Assembly (NCBI GenBank): GCA_022813965.1
Contig: JALDZS010000048.1
Location: 116,952-136,951 of the forward strand
DNA: 20,000 nucleotides
DNA from: Toensbergia leucococca
Taxonomy: Eukaryota
Direction: 5' to 3'
This document shows, piece by piece, positions 1 through 10,504 of this stretch. The position numbers and the translations under genes are program-made. Every line of letters begins with the position of its first letter. Within the stretch, counting starts at the first letter, position 1. Below the pieces are notes generated by a model. The model was given only the letters and a program-made list of their open reading frames with translations, had not been told where the DNA came from and made no database searches.

Positions 1-2289
1 GCGCCACAATCTGTAGCCCGACAGGAGCTCCGTCATAGACATCAGGGTCATCTTCCTAGTTGTTAGTCTAGGAATCTTACAGAACACTGCTGTATATTCA
101 ACGATGGACGTACAGGCTTCCCAATTCTTACGGTCTGTGTCATTGAGGGGCTTATAGTCGTGGTCAAAAATATCAACATCTTTATTGGCTTTGGTCACAG
201 GAATGACGCAGGCGCTATAATTCAAAAGATTGATGCATTCAGTGTATGCTACATAAACTATAAGTTAGAACATCTTGTAATCATTGCGTGTATAGTGTCA
301 CAAGGGTCGCTGCACCATACATACCAGTATGATAGTACTTCCCAGGTATGACCGCTGCATGGGGCGCTACAGGCATTATGACTGCATCAACAGCTTGTCC
401 TATCAAGACTGCACGTTAGCATTCAGCTGTATTCTTGTGGGGCTTGCTGTTGTGAAGTACCATCTTCGTCCGCTGTAGAGTTCCAGTAGTCCAAGTAAGA
501 CGCTTCATAGTCTCGTCCTTGAAGCGTGAGATCTTGATACTCGAGCAAAGGAACAGGATCGCTGAGCTGGAAACTAGCCCTTAGATCTGGGATTAGGGGT
601 TCACCGGAAAGATCTAGTTGCTGATGTATGTGGTGTGCACCATCAGCTTTCAAAAATGCAAGCTAGAGAACGATGACTTAGGTAAGCATAAGCATAGGTG
701 TAAAGCTATGCAAGCAATATCCTACGTGAACTCCTTTCGCGATACTTTGCGGAGGCGGATTCCAATTGACCATCTTGTGTCCTGCCTCCCGTACTGCCTC
801 ATGGACCATCCGTAAGCCCCTAGCAATCGGAGGTTGCGGCTCGACCACATTGTCTGTCCAATATATTCCAAATTTCAAAGGAAGCTTGCCCATTGCTGCG
901 CCGTCGAGCGAAGCTCTAGCTAGTGTCGAGTCGACAATCTCCTGGCGCCATGGAATACAGGTCACTTGAGGATCTCGTAGCCACGGTTTTGTAGACAGAA
1001 TAGATGTCATGATGAGCTTAAGAGCATCAACGGATGTTCCAAGAAAGCCGACTGTTGAAGGATAGGTATTTTGGCCAGGATTCTGCCCCAGTAAGAGAGC
1101 AAGTCAGACCTGCAATTACCCATCTCAGCAAATACTGCGCGCTTTTCGACTAACAGTATTTGCAACATCTCGATACGAGAATCTATCGGGGGTGGGCTTC
1201 ACGGAGTAAATCCCGCAGAAGGCCGCCGGTATACGCACAGATCCGCCTGATCGAATGTTGTTAACACATCAAATTTTTGAGGGTGGATAACAACAACACT
1301 TACCAATATCAGTACCTACTCCTAGGGTACTACCTCTTAGAGCTTGTAATGCACCTTCGCCTGCGGGAGGAGTTTGTTCAAGTAATTCTCCCAACAAGAA
1401 GTGAACTGGACTTACCTCCTGAAGACCCTCCGCAGGACAGTAACTGGTTCACTGGATTTAATGTACGTCCAATGATATTGTTCACCGTTTCTCCAAACTA
1501 TGATAAGCACTAAGGTTACTCAAGAACGAGATCCAGCTCTAGAGCGGCTCGAATTCGAATATTCTCTTACCAGAAGTGTTTGTGGGAGGCTAGTCTTCGT
1601 GGCCGTCGGTCATTCAACAGAGGATGACGATATCGTAGAGCTCTTACCTTGCAATAGATAATAGCTCCTAAAGAGAGAAGTTCTCTGACGATCTGGCTCT
1701 CGACGTGATGCACTTTTTGAGGATTCTCACTTCCCTCATATGTGTCTATCCATCCGACGTATCCCATTGTGGTGTCAGTCCCCTCCACATGAAACTGGTC
1801 TTTCAAACTAATGGGCAAGCCATGGAGTGGGCCAACGGTAGTGCCATGCTTTGCGTAGTAGTCATCCAGCTCCTGCGCCCGCTGCAAAGCCTGATCGAAA
1901 ACTACTTCATGCAGGCAGTTGTTCTAGAGAGGCAGAAGACGGTTAGAAGACAGCTACATGAGCTTCTGTGAGATGCTATAAATGCAATAATGCTCTTTTC
2001 TTACAATCTGGTGAGCTATTGCCGCAGTCTTGCAAAAAGCTTGTGTAACTTGGACCGCAGTATGTTTACCGTCTTTAAGACTCGCAACTAATGGTAGACT
2101 ATCTTTTAGGATGATCTCAAGTTCCTCATCTTGCAGGAAACTTTCAATGAATGCACCACTGAGTTGCTTCCGTTGCGCAGCTCTCTTTAGATCCGAGTCA
2201 TTCAGCAGCCAATGCTGAGGAATTTTCGATTTCGTGGCGGCTACCTTTTCCTCAGCCTTGGCCTGCCATGACTTCCCCCGATTCTGCAT
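1..2289 (-). CDS. Amidase-signature family amidase (acetamidase/AmdS-like); at least 11 exons, C-terminus runs off the window
   Basis: Exons (minus): 2289-2005, 1923-1648, 1594-1571, 1497-1416, 1360-1304, 1246-1155, 1082-726, 662-461, 399-325, 248-114, 51-<1. All GT-AG with consistent phases, about 545 aa in the window. The spliced product has the Lys-cisSer-Ser triad motifs GPLHGLPISLKDQF, CGGSSGGEGAL and GTDIGGSVRIPAAFCG, and the C-terminal GAPVGLQIV. Confidence 0.93.
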
Positions 2290-2784
2290 GGTCAAAGAAC
2301 AAGCGTGTCACTAGGGTTATTCTATCATCAATATGCAGAGTACCCCTGTTACGAATAATGGAGAACACTTCCAAGGTCGAGCGGCGGCGAGCGCGTCTAC
2401 CCGTGGACGGACATAAATCCGTACCCTTAGAATACCTTAGTGCCCACACTCCCCCACGTGCCCGCCAGAAGCCAAGTACCAAAGGAAGGATTGAGATAGG
2501 GACCTGCATTCAGATTACCAATCTCTGCATGACTGTCATGGAACATCTACAATGACTACATAAGTTCTTGTCATTCTGTAACCCAAGAGCTGGAGTTGAT
2601 GAGATGTGTAATGCACGAATCCTTCTAATCCTTCTACATGACTCAATGAGCGCAAGTGAGAGTGAGATTCAAAATACGAAATTATTTAATGCACCAAAAG
2701 CACTTCCTTTCTCACTGTATCACAGTCAAGAAATTATCCATTTTACCAGTTCCCTCGCACAATTTTCAAGCTCTCATATCAAGA

Positions 2785-3541
2785 ATGTCTTCTAATCCAG
2801 TTGACTCGCTTCCGCTTAAAGTTCTTTTTCTCCTCTTTCCAGGCTTCAATACTTTGGATTTCAATGGGCCCCTTGAAGCACTATTCCACGCAGCAAAACG
2901 TACCGCGTTCAAGTGCACTATTGCTGCAGCTACAGAATTAACCACTGCGTCGGAGAATTGTACCATCCAGGTAAGATCAGTACCTTTGTAATGTAACAGA
3001 TCAGCCATACTTACGTCCACAGCGTCACATCTCATTGGAAGAAGCTCTAACAAATCTCTCCGAGTATGACGTTTTAGTTGTTCCAGGCGGGCCGGCTACC
3101 GCGGTACACGCTCAAGCCGATGCCAACACCGCATTTTCGGAAATCATTGTGAAATTTTCGAGGCTGAGCAGCAGCCCAGGCCGAAAAGAAAAGGTCCTAA
3201 TGTCCATTTGCTCCGGGTCTCTGTTTCTTGGGGAGACGGGCGTACTGAGAGGCCATATGGCTACGACGCATTGGGCTGTGATAGACGACCTGCGCTACAC
3301 CTGCACTACTGCTGCGCTAAAGATGGGAGGAAAGTCAACGGAGGTTGTGAGGGCTCGGTGGGTGGATGCTGGGTGTAATGAACAGGGGATTAGAATCATC
3401 ACAGCTGGCGGTGTGAGCTGTGGATTGGATGCTAGCTTCCATTTGATCAATTTAAAGGCTGGTAAGACTGTTGCAGAGGACGCCGCCAAGAATATGGACT
3501 ACCGTTGGCGCGCAGAGGAGGGCATTGTCGTTGAGCTATAG
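2785..3541 (+). CDS. DJ-1/PfpI (ThiJ) family protein, isocyanide hydratase (InhA)-like, 234 aa
   Basis: Exons 2785-2970 and 3023-3541, phase-0 intron GTAAGA...CAG. Motifs: LFPGFNTLDFNGPLE, DVLVVPGG, nucleophile elbow SICSGSLFLG, ATTHW, ITAGGVSCGLDA. Confidence 0.9.
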
Positions 3542-3936
3542 GAGAGTCGGCTGGTAGAGTAATTGTCAAGACTCCCCAATTCTAGTTTTCTGTCGTCTCG
3601 AACTTGTGGCTAACGTAGGCATGGGGTGGAAATTTGTCGAGTGATTGGAGTTTAGTCGTGAGTCTATATAATTCGATTTTTGAATGCAACCACCCAACTC
3701 TCCCGGCACGGGCATCTCCTTTGTACAACTTGACGGGGGGAAAGTCGACCGAAGTCGTCGGATGATAGAATATTTTAGTTAAGTCACCCAATGCAAACGG
3801 ATAGTTGAAAAGTTCAGGTCATATCATTGTTATTAAAGAAAGGCAATGTGGACTATATGAATAAGCAGGCTCTTTCAGGAACACATTGACGACAACAGAG
3901 CTGTAAAATTCAAAGCGCATATAAATGTGCGTGACC

Positions 3937-4793
3937 TCACTCCAATAGCATTAGAGGTCGGGGCTGCATGAAAGTGGTACACGGGCTGAAACGCCAAACA
4001 CCCGCATAAGACCTGGCATACCAATAATGAACAAGATATGGCACAAAGAATGGAACAGGAGGGAAAGTCTTGTGTATCCCACCCTCGTAGGTTCGATCAA
4101 TTGCCCCCAACGCAAGGGGAAAGAGTCTTGCCTATAGAGTCATGTTAGACGAGTATTCCTGACATAGTATGATAGGACCATATAGTCACCACATCGCCTT
4201 TCTTGAAGGACGATTCAGCAATAGCCCATTGTTTCCTGAGTTCTTTGCTATCGCATTTCTCCAGCGCCAAGAGTGTTTCGATTTCCGCAGCGAGGTGTTC
4301 CCGGAAAAGTGCCGAGAAATCATCCATAATACCTCGAAAGACACCCGCATCGTATTGCTCCGGCTTTGTATTCTGAACGTAATCATTGAAACGATGGAAG
4401 CCAGGGTTAAAAGCATGATGCTGCTCCACATTCCGGCCCATGAGGCCTTCGATCCCCATCAATCGCTCAATCATAGGGAACAAGATCGTCTCCTCTACAT
4501 GGTGGTGGTGTTCGACCCATTCATACCACATCTGACCGTATAGTAGCAGATCGCGGATATCTTCTGACTTGTGGACGAAGGGTGCTTGTAGGTAAATGCT
4601 ATTAAGAGCTCGAAGCATGGCATTGTGAGCGTGAGCCATTTCACTGGCACAGTAGACGCAGGAATGGGATGTCTACGTATCATATCAGCATTTGAATGAC
4701 CAAAAGTATGAACACGAGTACTTTAACGTCTCGAGTCTTCGAAGGAGTCTCAATTAGGGTGAAGGGAGTATTCGCCCATTGCTTTGCTGCCAT
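3937..4793 (-). CDS. Hemerythrin HHE cation-binding domain protein, about 249 aa
   Basis: Exons 4793-4722, 4672-4190, 4131-3937. Metal-ligand motifs MAHAHN, EHHHHVEE, EQHHAF, EHLAAE. N-terminus WANTPFTLIETP and C-terminus FPPVPFFVPYLVHYW...VWRFSPC resemble fungal members of the family. Donor positions are slightly uncertain (GTACTC, GTGACT). Confidence 0.87.
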
Positions 4794-5567
4794 GACTAGG
4801 GGCTCTCCGACGTGAGGGCTGGCTTAGTATTCGAGTCTTTGTTCTTGTGTAGTCAACATTAAGATGAAAAGGCGAATGCTTCTTGGTAGTAGAGCAGGGC
4901 ATTTGTGCCGTCTTATGCATTCGCTCGTCCCCTAAAATAGGATATCGATATCTATTTATTGGGGCTTATCTGTTGGTTAGCCATGCTCTAGCCAATGATA
5001 TTTCCTACTCGAGTGAGTCGAGGGGCTGCGGAAGGACAGCAAGGTTGCAAGTTCAGTCAGGGCTTGAAGGATTCAGCCGAGTTCAGCCCCGAGTGCCCCC
5101 TTGGCCTTATTGCAGGGATACTTGAAATAAGCCCCCACATATTCTAGCGGGAAGTCTTCGTTCACGAAAGCCTTGATAGTTGGAGCACAAGACTTTCATA
5201 CGGATGTCTTGCTAGTCCATGACTGTGGTATCCAGCCTATGATTAGATGACTCAATCGATGGTTTGGAGTGGAATATGTAAGAGCAAAGTCTTCTACACG
5301 AGGACTGTGGTAGATACGGATACCGATTCACCTATTCTAATCGCGTGGAGACAGCCGCGCTCGTGTTTCCAGTCTCGTGCAGACGCGCTTTACGCGACCA
5401 CCCACCAGACGCAAAACCTCAAGTGAACAGCATCATTCGTTGGACCAACACAATGTTCGCCGTTCGTCTTCTCTATTGATAGGCTCAGGTATCACATACT
5501 TCAGACCGTCCCATTCTTCTCTGACAATCATAAGCTTGTGTCAATCGATGCAGTGGGCTCATACAAC

Positions 5568-7034
5568 ATGAAGTTCGGAAGCTCCTCTCTTCCCACGGAG
5601 ATATTGTTCATTATTTGTCTACATCTGCCAAAGAAAGACGCTCTCAATGCCCGCAAGGTTTGTAGAGACTTCAGCTCTGTCATAACTCCTTTCATTTTCA
5701 AGCGACTCTACATTTCGGTCGAAAAACGAGACATAACAGCACTGATAGCAGTTTCACAACACCCCATTCTTAGCAAATATGTCGAGGAGATAGTCTACGA
5801 CTCAGCAATACGGTCCAGTGCATTGGACAAGAATAATTACTGTTCAATGTTGGGCACTAAAAACAATGTGGATCAGAAATTGGATGAGTGGCGCCTTGAG
5901 ATCTCCTCAAAGGTTAAATTTACCAAAGCTGCTGTGGCTCGAGGTTATCGTCTCTACTCTGGACGTTATTGGGCATACTATCTACTACAAGACTACAGTG
6001 GCCCTAATATGACATATTGCTACTCAAAATATCCCCCTTTAGATGACTTCTCTTCACTCCTCATGGATCCTGCACATCACTCAGATGTGTGGAAATATCT
6101 TCCGCGAGACTTAGCTTGCCTTGTCTTTGCTCTTCCACATCTACCCAGAATCAAGCGTTTCACAATCTCTGACACTCGATACATTTATGCCGAGAAGCAC
6201 TATTCACACATAGCGTCATTGAGTGAGAGAGCACCAAAGAGAATGACCTTCGCGATATACAAAGAGGGGTTTCGAGGCCTCGACAAGGTTGTTGTGGACC
6301 CATGCACGTGGCCTACATATATTTCACTTTCGGAGAGTAAGTGGGGTCGCTCGACGTATCGTGGGTTCTTTGTCTTAGTCCAAGCTGCTTCCATGACGAA
6401 TCTGAGAAGCCTTCATAACTTTGGATATGATATTTTCGACGACCGCGCTGGACTTCCTCTCTCTTTGTTTCAGCTGACTCCGACGCAGCTCACACATACT
6501 CTCAACGCTTTCAGCACTCTGAGAAGAGTTGATTTACGCATCAACACCAGTCCATACGTATGCGGCTACTCGATTGATTTAAGAAAGGGTCATATCGCCA
6601 AGATCTTAGCAGCATCTTGGCATTTAGAGCATCTAAGCTTGCAATTTTGCGATCTTGCTTCCATAGCCTCACTCGACAACTTACTTGGTACACAGTCCTG
6701 GCACCAGCTTAGTTCCGTCTTTCTAGGTAATATGGTGCTACATGAGAGGGAATTTCTGAACTTCTTCGATAGGCATCGTAGTATGCTTCGATCGTTGCAT
6801 TTGCATCAAGTGTGTTGTTTCCCGCTTGAGCAGGGACCCATTCGCCCGCTGAGCAACGCCTTCAAAGAGATGGCTCGCGGCGATTTAGCGCTGACAGAGT
6901 TGACTTATGATGCTTTGCAGGATGAGGTGGTTGGTACCTGGCATGCCGACAATGCGGCCAAAGTGCTGGATTTCCTTCTCACAGACGGGACCGCTTACAA
7001 TGCGTTTGGGAAATCAACCTACAACTTGTCTTGA
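5568..7034 (+). CDS. F-box domain protein, intronless, 488 aa
   Basis: First ATG at 5568 in a 498-codon ORF. N-terminal F-box-like LPTEILFIICLHLPKKDALNARKVCRDF, followed by Leu-rich repeat-like segments (LEHLSL, LRSLHL). Confidence 0.8.
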   Translation: MKFGSSSLPTEILFIICLHLPKKDALNARKVCRDFSSVITPFIFKRLYISVEKRDITALIAVSQHPILSKYVEEIVYDSAIRSSALDKNNYCSMLGTKNNVDQKLDEWRLEISSKVKFTKAAVARGYRLYSGRYWAYYLLQDYSGPNMTYCYSKYPPLDDFSSLLMDPAHHSDVWKYLPRDLACLVFALPHLPRIKRFTISDTRYIYAEKHYSHIASLSERAPKRMTFAIYKEGFRGLDKVVVDPCTWPTYISLSESKWGRSTYRGFFVLVQAASMTNLRSLHNFGYDIFDDRAGLPLSLFQLTPTQLTHTLNAFSTLRRVDLRINTSPYVCGYSIDLRKGHIAKILAASWHLEHLSLQFCDLASIASLDNLLGTQSWHQLSSVFLGNMVLHEREFLNFFDRHRSMLRSLHLHQVCCFPLEQGPIRPLSNAFKEMARGDLALTELTYDALQDEVVGTWHADNAAKVLDFLLTDGTAYNAFGKSTYNLS

Positions 7035-7413
7035 GCAACAAGCCGCTGGATCCATCTAACCGGTTCTTCCAAGTTGCGATGTATCCCAATCCGGCCCAAC
7101 AGCCTCTTTTTTTTCCCATAGCAAGTCAGACAACAGTTTGAAATCAGCTGTCCAAAAAATCTCAATCCACATGAACATGTGACTGTCAATGCCTCACATC
7201 AAGCAGTCGCCATCACCTCTTAGAAAAAGCAAATCACCCTCCCCAATCTCACATATGAGCTCTTCCTCAATAAGACCGGCCGCAGCTCCACGCCAACTCT
7301 CCCTCCCTTGACCCCAGAGCCGCTAACGATTCCTTCCCAAGACACCCTTCCTTCCCTCAACTAGCCTATTCTGCCTTCTCATCCTCCACACCAGCCCCAC
7401 CTTCTCTCTCAGA

Positions 7414-7658
7414 CGTGTGTGAACATTGGCGCCTCGGAGCGCTGCGTCACCTCCACGATGAGCACGAGGGACCCGTCTCAGCAATCAAGGAGTGGCAGAC
7501 GTCTCGAGTGTGAGAGTCTTGCGACAACTAAATTAAGCTTTTCAAGTATTGCATGAGCAGTGTTTTGGCGGCCGAGACTATTCTAAATTGAGGTTCTAAA
7601 CATGGCCCCCGAGGTATTTACGCCTACTTGCTCATTTTCGACACTCGGGCACACATTT
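7414..7658 (+). ncRNA. Candidate structured RNA, H/ACA-snoRNA-like (unconfirmed)
   Basis: Hand-folded stems: 7414-7466 hairpin; 7503-7510/7642-7649; 7511-7520/7535-7544; 7553-7559/7629-7635. Followed by ACACATTTTT. No canonical ANANNA H box was found before the 3' hairpin. Confidence 0.3.
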
Positions 7659-8538
7659 TTGTCATGAACCGAGCGGATGCGACTTGAAAATAATAGATAC
7701 CTCTAGCACGGGTATGTGTAATGAGTTGCCCCTTTATTCAAAGTAACATCGTAGCTAGCAAGAAATGTCCTACTTCTATTACTCTTGAATTCTCCCCAGA
7801 AATAATACTGCCTCTTTTGCCGGCTTTGGTTTATGGTGGGTATGCTACTTGCTTTGGCAGAGACAACATAAATGCTGGTAGTTTGTGTTGGTGGGTAAGG
7901 GGGATTATGGAGTGGAATTTCCGTTTGGTGTGGATTCGGGGGGTGCATGCGGCCGTGGTGGAACGGTGTGGGCAAATTCATTTTTATGGAATTGTAAATA
8001 TCCCCCTGACGCCTCGTTGTTAGATAAGAAAGTCTTGTCGTTCTCTCCCTCCGATCCCGTCTACGTCTGTTCACTCTCAAACGGTGAACCATCCCCCACA
8101 AATCACACACCCCCCCTTTCATCCATGACATGAAAATCTCATGGCAGATAGAACACTTTCATCAAAAGCACACCTACGACAAACAAAAGTCAAACCCCTT
8201 AAAAAATAGACCTCATATATATCAGTGATTGGAAAAAGTAATCGCTCAGTATGTGATGATAAGACTCAGGGGGCCGACTTCTACACCAATGACCCTGACC
8301 AGCAACCAGACAAAGTGCTATGAACGAAAAGCCAACTGTAACCCACAGGAGCTCCCTTCCCCGCGGGAAAAAAACACAGCACAAAAGCCCCGACAGAAAA
8401 AATGATCAGCAAAAAGCCCGCCCCGCCTATCCTTTGAAGATAGCACAAATGTATCACAGGCTCACAGTACAAATAAAAATCCACAATTGTCCTTTTAAAA
8501 TAGGTTCTCGCCTTCTCCATATGAGTTTAAACAAGCGA

Positions 8539-10135
8539 TCAACCATACCACCCCGTTGAGCTAACCTGAGCACCCTCGTCCGAAAGCCGATGAGGAATGA
8601 TACTTTCCTCAATACCAAATGACTCGATAAGATCTTCCCAGGTTTGGAAATCAATATGGAAGACCGCTTGATTTTTCTGGACTTTCTCGTCCTGGATTTC
8701 CTTGGGAGTGCGTGCGATGGTGGCGTCTGCAGGGATTGAAAACGTTTGTCAGCCAAGAAAAGAATTTCAATGAGAGAATAAGGAGTTAGTCTTACGGAGT
8801 GTTGGTAGCATGTTTGCATCGCTGCCAACCCCGGCCGAGCCGTCTCGGACGAGAAAGCTCACGTAGAAGAGATTTTCGACGGTCTGTCCAAAGCATTTCG
8901 GATTGATAACGAAGTTGAAGAAAGGGATACCAGAGTCGTCAGCTAAACCATACTTTGCCATGGTCGCTAGTCTGTAGTCTTCTGACGAAGACTCCTCAGG
9001 TGCTTCGAGGTCTGACATCTTGAGTCCGTAATTCTGCTTCTCGGCGAGAAGCTTGCGGATATTTGTGCAGAGGGTAGTCAGATTAGAGTTTTCCACCTTT
9101 TCTAGATCCCGAGATTTGAGCTCTTCTGGGCGAACGGCATCGTTTGGATCTCGTCTTTGGAGTCTTTCTCTCCGTTGCGTCTGCTGTCGGAGTTTTTTCT
9201 TTACCGACAATGGGCCAAGTAGAAATCCTGGTACTGGAGGTCGAACATTGTGCGGAAAACATGCTTGGCGACCTAACCACTCCCAATTGAGTGCATCCCC
9301 TTCATCTGCACTGCCCTCTACGGCACTTGCATCATCATCTTCATTGTTCACTTGTCTACGCCGTCTTTGAGATGCTCCTGTATTAGCTGCAGCTGTCGCG
9401 TTGCCACTCGGACCACGACGCATGAAAGTGACGCATTTCGATATGAATTCATCGACGTCTATACCCTGAGTTGCATCACCGAAATTAAGTTGCGTGGTCC
9501 TCTTAGCGGAGAGATCCGCTGTCGATACAAGCAGTCTAGAGTCTAGTGTTGCATCAGATGTTTGCTTTACATTCTGGAAAAGATCGTTGGCTTTGAGTAC
9601 TGTGTCCTTGAGGCCAGTTGAAGCTGGCGAGAGATATTCGGTGCGAGAGTCTGATGTTTTGTATTAGGCTACGCCACTTGAACATGGAATTTGGTGCCTG
9701 ACCTTGTAGTTCTCTTGACAGATCTCGGAAGCCTTTGCGAACAGCTCTCCGCTCTTCCATACTTTGATCTGGATCATAATAATCAATGTTTCCCGCCTGT
9801 TCCAACTGCCTTTCATGTGCAAGCTGGCTGGGATTAGGCGCATCCCGTTCTCCTAGCCTGCGCCGTTTATGAGCTCTCGAATCGGCGGAAGCGGTCGTGG
9901 GCAGATTAGGAGGCGCCATGTTCTTGCCTTTGCCATTCCTCAGATGAGAAGGAATTGTCGTGTTTTGGCGATTTTCTTTGTCTGACGAAAACGAGGCGGC
10001 AGGTGAGGGAGAGAGAGGCCCGGCATTATTCGATGCGCCGCGTGGCACTCTTCTGGTCGAAGTATTGCCATTGTGTACATGCTCATAATCATCTGCCTCG
10101 CTAGCAGGAGACGAATACCGTGCTGTACGCGCCAT
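8539..10135 (-). CDS. nse4: Nse4/EID3 kleisin subunit of the SMC5/6 complex, 491 aa
   Basis: Exons 10135-9703, 9650-8796, 8726-8539, phases consistent. Motifs YYDPDQSMEERRAVRK, VKQTSDATLDSRLLV, GIDVDEFISKC, FVINPKCFGQTVENLFYVSFLVRDG, WEDLIESFGIEESIIPHR. Confidence 0.92.
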
Positions 10136-10504
10136 AAGGTATCTAGGAGTAGAAAGTGATGATTGCTTTGATAAGGTCGCAAGGCTGTAGGATTTGCTGC
10201 AGCGCGACTGCGAATTGCTGTTTTTTTCAGACGCCAAACTCCATGCACAGTTTTCAGTCTTTATCAACTAGACACGCGTTGTTATATCATCTTAGGTAGT
10301 GTAAAGGGTTTCGATCAGGTTCACATAGGTTGAAGTCTACATTTGAGGATTATGTCTCGTGTCTAAGTGCTGAACGAATTTCAGGCACGCGATGGTCCAA
10401 GCGCTTTCACCACGACGTCACATGGTATTTTATTCTCTTCAAACACTCAGAGCTCGAGTGCTCGTAATTAAAAAAGAAGAGGGCCATGATGGAATGTAGA
10501 GACT
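10136..10504. promoter_or_regulatory. Divergent nse4/vps34 intergenic promoter with MCB-like elements
   Basis: 369 bp between head-to-head start codons. Perfect MCB ACGCGT at 10274-10279 and ACGCGA at 10387-10392. Confidence 0.5.

Noticed and set aside
7450..7660. U3-like (CACGATGAG, GAGTGTGA), snR30-like (TATTCTA, AAACAT) or Sm-site snRNA interpretations
   Set aside because: No U3 box A or terminal box D, snR30 m1/m2 sequence and spacing do not match, and no U1/U2/U4/U5 signature is present.
7703..8559. Several 60-142 aa ORFs between the F-box gene and nse4
   Set aside because: They overlap on both strands, are compositionally biased and have no recognisable motif.
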